Shown in pieces: positions 61,942-64,000 of a stretch of 64,000 nt of DNA (positions within the stretch are counted from its first letter, which is position 1; every line of letters starts with the position of its first letter). The stretch comes from Moniliella sp. 'wahieum'. Taxonomy: Eukaryota. Made by a program: the position numbers and the translations under genes. The stretch is from NCBI GenBank assembly GCA_003971905.1, contig RSEE01000050.1, positions 1 to 64,000 on the forward strand, given 5' to 3'. The notes under the pieces were generated by a model that worked only from the letters and a program-made list of their open reading frames with translations, did not search any database and had not been told where the DNA came from.

Positions 61942-63856
61942 ATGATGTTCCGCTCGTCCATCATCCTGGCGCTTGCCCTGGCTGCCGGGTCGTCCGCGCT
62001 GATCGTCTCGCCTGCGGCAGTGCCCGAGTACGCGTATGAGCGTCTCAAGCCCGCGTCAGCCAAGGAAAAGTTGACCTACACTGTCACCCTCACCCCGGGC
62101 AACCAGCGTGCTCTGGAATGCGCATGCACCAGATCGCCGTGACGGGCGACGAGTGGCTGACGGATGCCGAGTTGGCACGGTACGTGCGTCCGCGTCCCGA
62201 GACGGCAGAGAAGGTCAAGGCGCACCTACTGCACCACGGGGTCAAGGAGCAAGATATGTGGCCAACGAGCTCGGGGACCGGTGGACCGTGACGAGCACGG
62301 TGGCCCAAGCCAACAAGGCATGGAACACCAAGCTTACCTATTTCAACCACATTCGTACCAGCACACATGCCTTGCGTACCGACCAGTACGAGATCCCGGC
62401 CGAGCTGGAAACCAGTGTGATCAATGTTTCCCCCTTCACCGCGTTCCACAATGCCTATGTCCCGCCCAACCGGGTCCGCAAGTTGCCTCCCAAGAAACGC
62501 GTCCGAACCGCACTTTGTCATTCAACAACAAGATGGCCTCAATGCCCCTGTGCAATCGGGTCAAGGGGGATCGTGCGACGACTCGTCCATTGACATTGCC
62601 TGCATCCGCTCCTACTATGGCTCTCAAAGCTACACCCCGAAGCCCAAGGACGTGCTGGACACGATGGTAATGGGCTACGTAGGGCAGTACGTCTCCAAGT
62701 CGGACCTGTCCCAGTTCCTGGGGCAGTACCGTTCGGACAGAGCTCGTACCAAATCGCAATTACCACGCCGGGGGGGGCACCAACGACGAAAGCAATCCCG
62801 GTACCGAGGCGATGCTGGACGTGGAGATGGTGGCCGGCATCTCGGCTCCGCTCAACACTACCTTTCTCTCTTTTGGCCCAGCAACCCGTCGGGCAGCAGC
62901 TTTTTGCTGACAGTCTGGCCTATGTGTTGCAAACCTATCCTGCCGAGCATGCACCCGGGGTGATCACCATCTCCTATGGCGAGGAGGAGTCGTCCTTCTC
63001 CCTGGCTGACGCTCAGGCGTTGTGCGGCGAGATCCAAAAGCAGACCGCTCGCGGCACCACGGTCGTCACTGCGTCAGGAGACAATGGGCTGGACGGAAAC
63101 CAGGCTGAGGAGGGCCTAAAATGCACCAAGGGCTTCAACCCTACCTTTGTATGTACCTCTACCTCTTCTGCATCTCCTCTCTACCCCTCCCCCCAACCAG
63201 TGGTACGCAACACGCGTAACAGTACTGACCCATGGTTTCTAGCCGGGAGGGTGCCCGTACGTGGAGTGTTGGTGCTACTCAAAATACCAATCCGGAAGAG
63301 GCGGTTGATGGTTCGGCCCAGGGCGGGTTCAGTTCGGGCGCTGGCTTTTCCAACTACTTTCCCGGCCGCAGTACCAGTCTGCGGCAGTAGATGCCTACCT
63401 CGCTTCGATTGGCAATGCGAATGCCGGCTGTACAACAAGACGGGCCGCGCGTTCCCGGGTACGTTTGATGATCTTCCCCACTACCTCTGCGATGGAAGGA
63501 GAGACCGCTGACCAACGACGGCCGGGATAGATACGACGGCGTTTGGATTGAATGTGGACATTGTGTACCAAGGTCAAGACCAGGCGATCGGCGGTACCTC
63601 GGCGGCGGCGCCCATGACGGCAGCGCACATTGCGTTGCAACAACCACCGTCAGCAGCAAGGTCAGCCGCGGATCGGGTGGGCCAACCCGACGCTGTACAA
63701 TCGCACCTCGGCGTTTAAGGACATTACCATTGGCAAGACCGGTGGCTGCCCCGGTGCCCAAGCCAACAATGTGTTCCAGGCGGCCAAGGATGGGATCCGG
63801 CCAGCGGCCTTGGCTCACCTCTGTTTACGCAATGGCTCCAGGTCCTGGCCGAGTAA
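61942..63856 (+). CDS. Secreted sedolisin/tripeptidyl-peptidase (S53) with pro-domain
   Basis: Signal peptide MMFRSSIILALALAAGSSA; GTEAMLDVEM (catalytic E/D); VITISYGEEE; ASGDNG (oxyanion D); GRAFP; IGGTSAAAP (catalytic S); GWANPTLY; FKDITIG. Introns about 63150-63242 and 63459-63530. Confidence 0.9.
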
Positions 63857-64000
63857 GGAAGCTTCAACCCGCCGGACCCTTTGGGTTCAAGGGCCTTGCT
63901 TCCTCTCCAACCTCTGTTTCCTTGTTGGCCGAAATACTGTACCTTAATACCGGCCGACTGTCGGTATGAACCGCAACGCGACGTCATCCCCCTCGCTTTC

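Overview
Eukaryotic genomic DNA from a GC-rich basidiomycete fungus. GT..AG introns with CTAAC/CTGAC branch sites are present, and the Ustilago-type truncated dynein points to Ustilaginomycotina (inference). Almost every gene, including essential conserved ones, has many 1-bp indels. I read these as consensus errors of an unpolished long-read assembly rather than pseudogenes, so gene models are stitched across frames and their coordinates are approximate. Recognisable genes in order: uroporphyrinogen-III synthase (HEM4-like, expanded), a Ran1-like kinase that has lost its catalytic motifs, ERG5/CYP61, a PuuE-type deacetylase/allantoinase, a TGL3/4-type patatin lipase, two tandem degenerate Rom-type RhoGEF(DH)-(PH)-CNH paralogs in a lower-GC island, a cytoplasmic dynein heavy chain that stops at the end of AAA4, DGAT2/DGA1, an amidohydrolase, an Aa_trans/AVT transporter, a LETM1-like protein, a DnaJ zinc-finger protein, a hypothetical gene and a secreted S53 sedolisin/TPP1. 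Most notable: the split dynein with a K->R AAA4 Walker A, the divergent RhoGEF-CNH pair in which one copy has lost most of its DH domain, the predicted pseudokinase, and a recurring intergenic class of 7-bp-period repeats built from a 6-bp palindrome plus one base. No rRNA, tRNA, CRISPR array or intact transposon could be supported.
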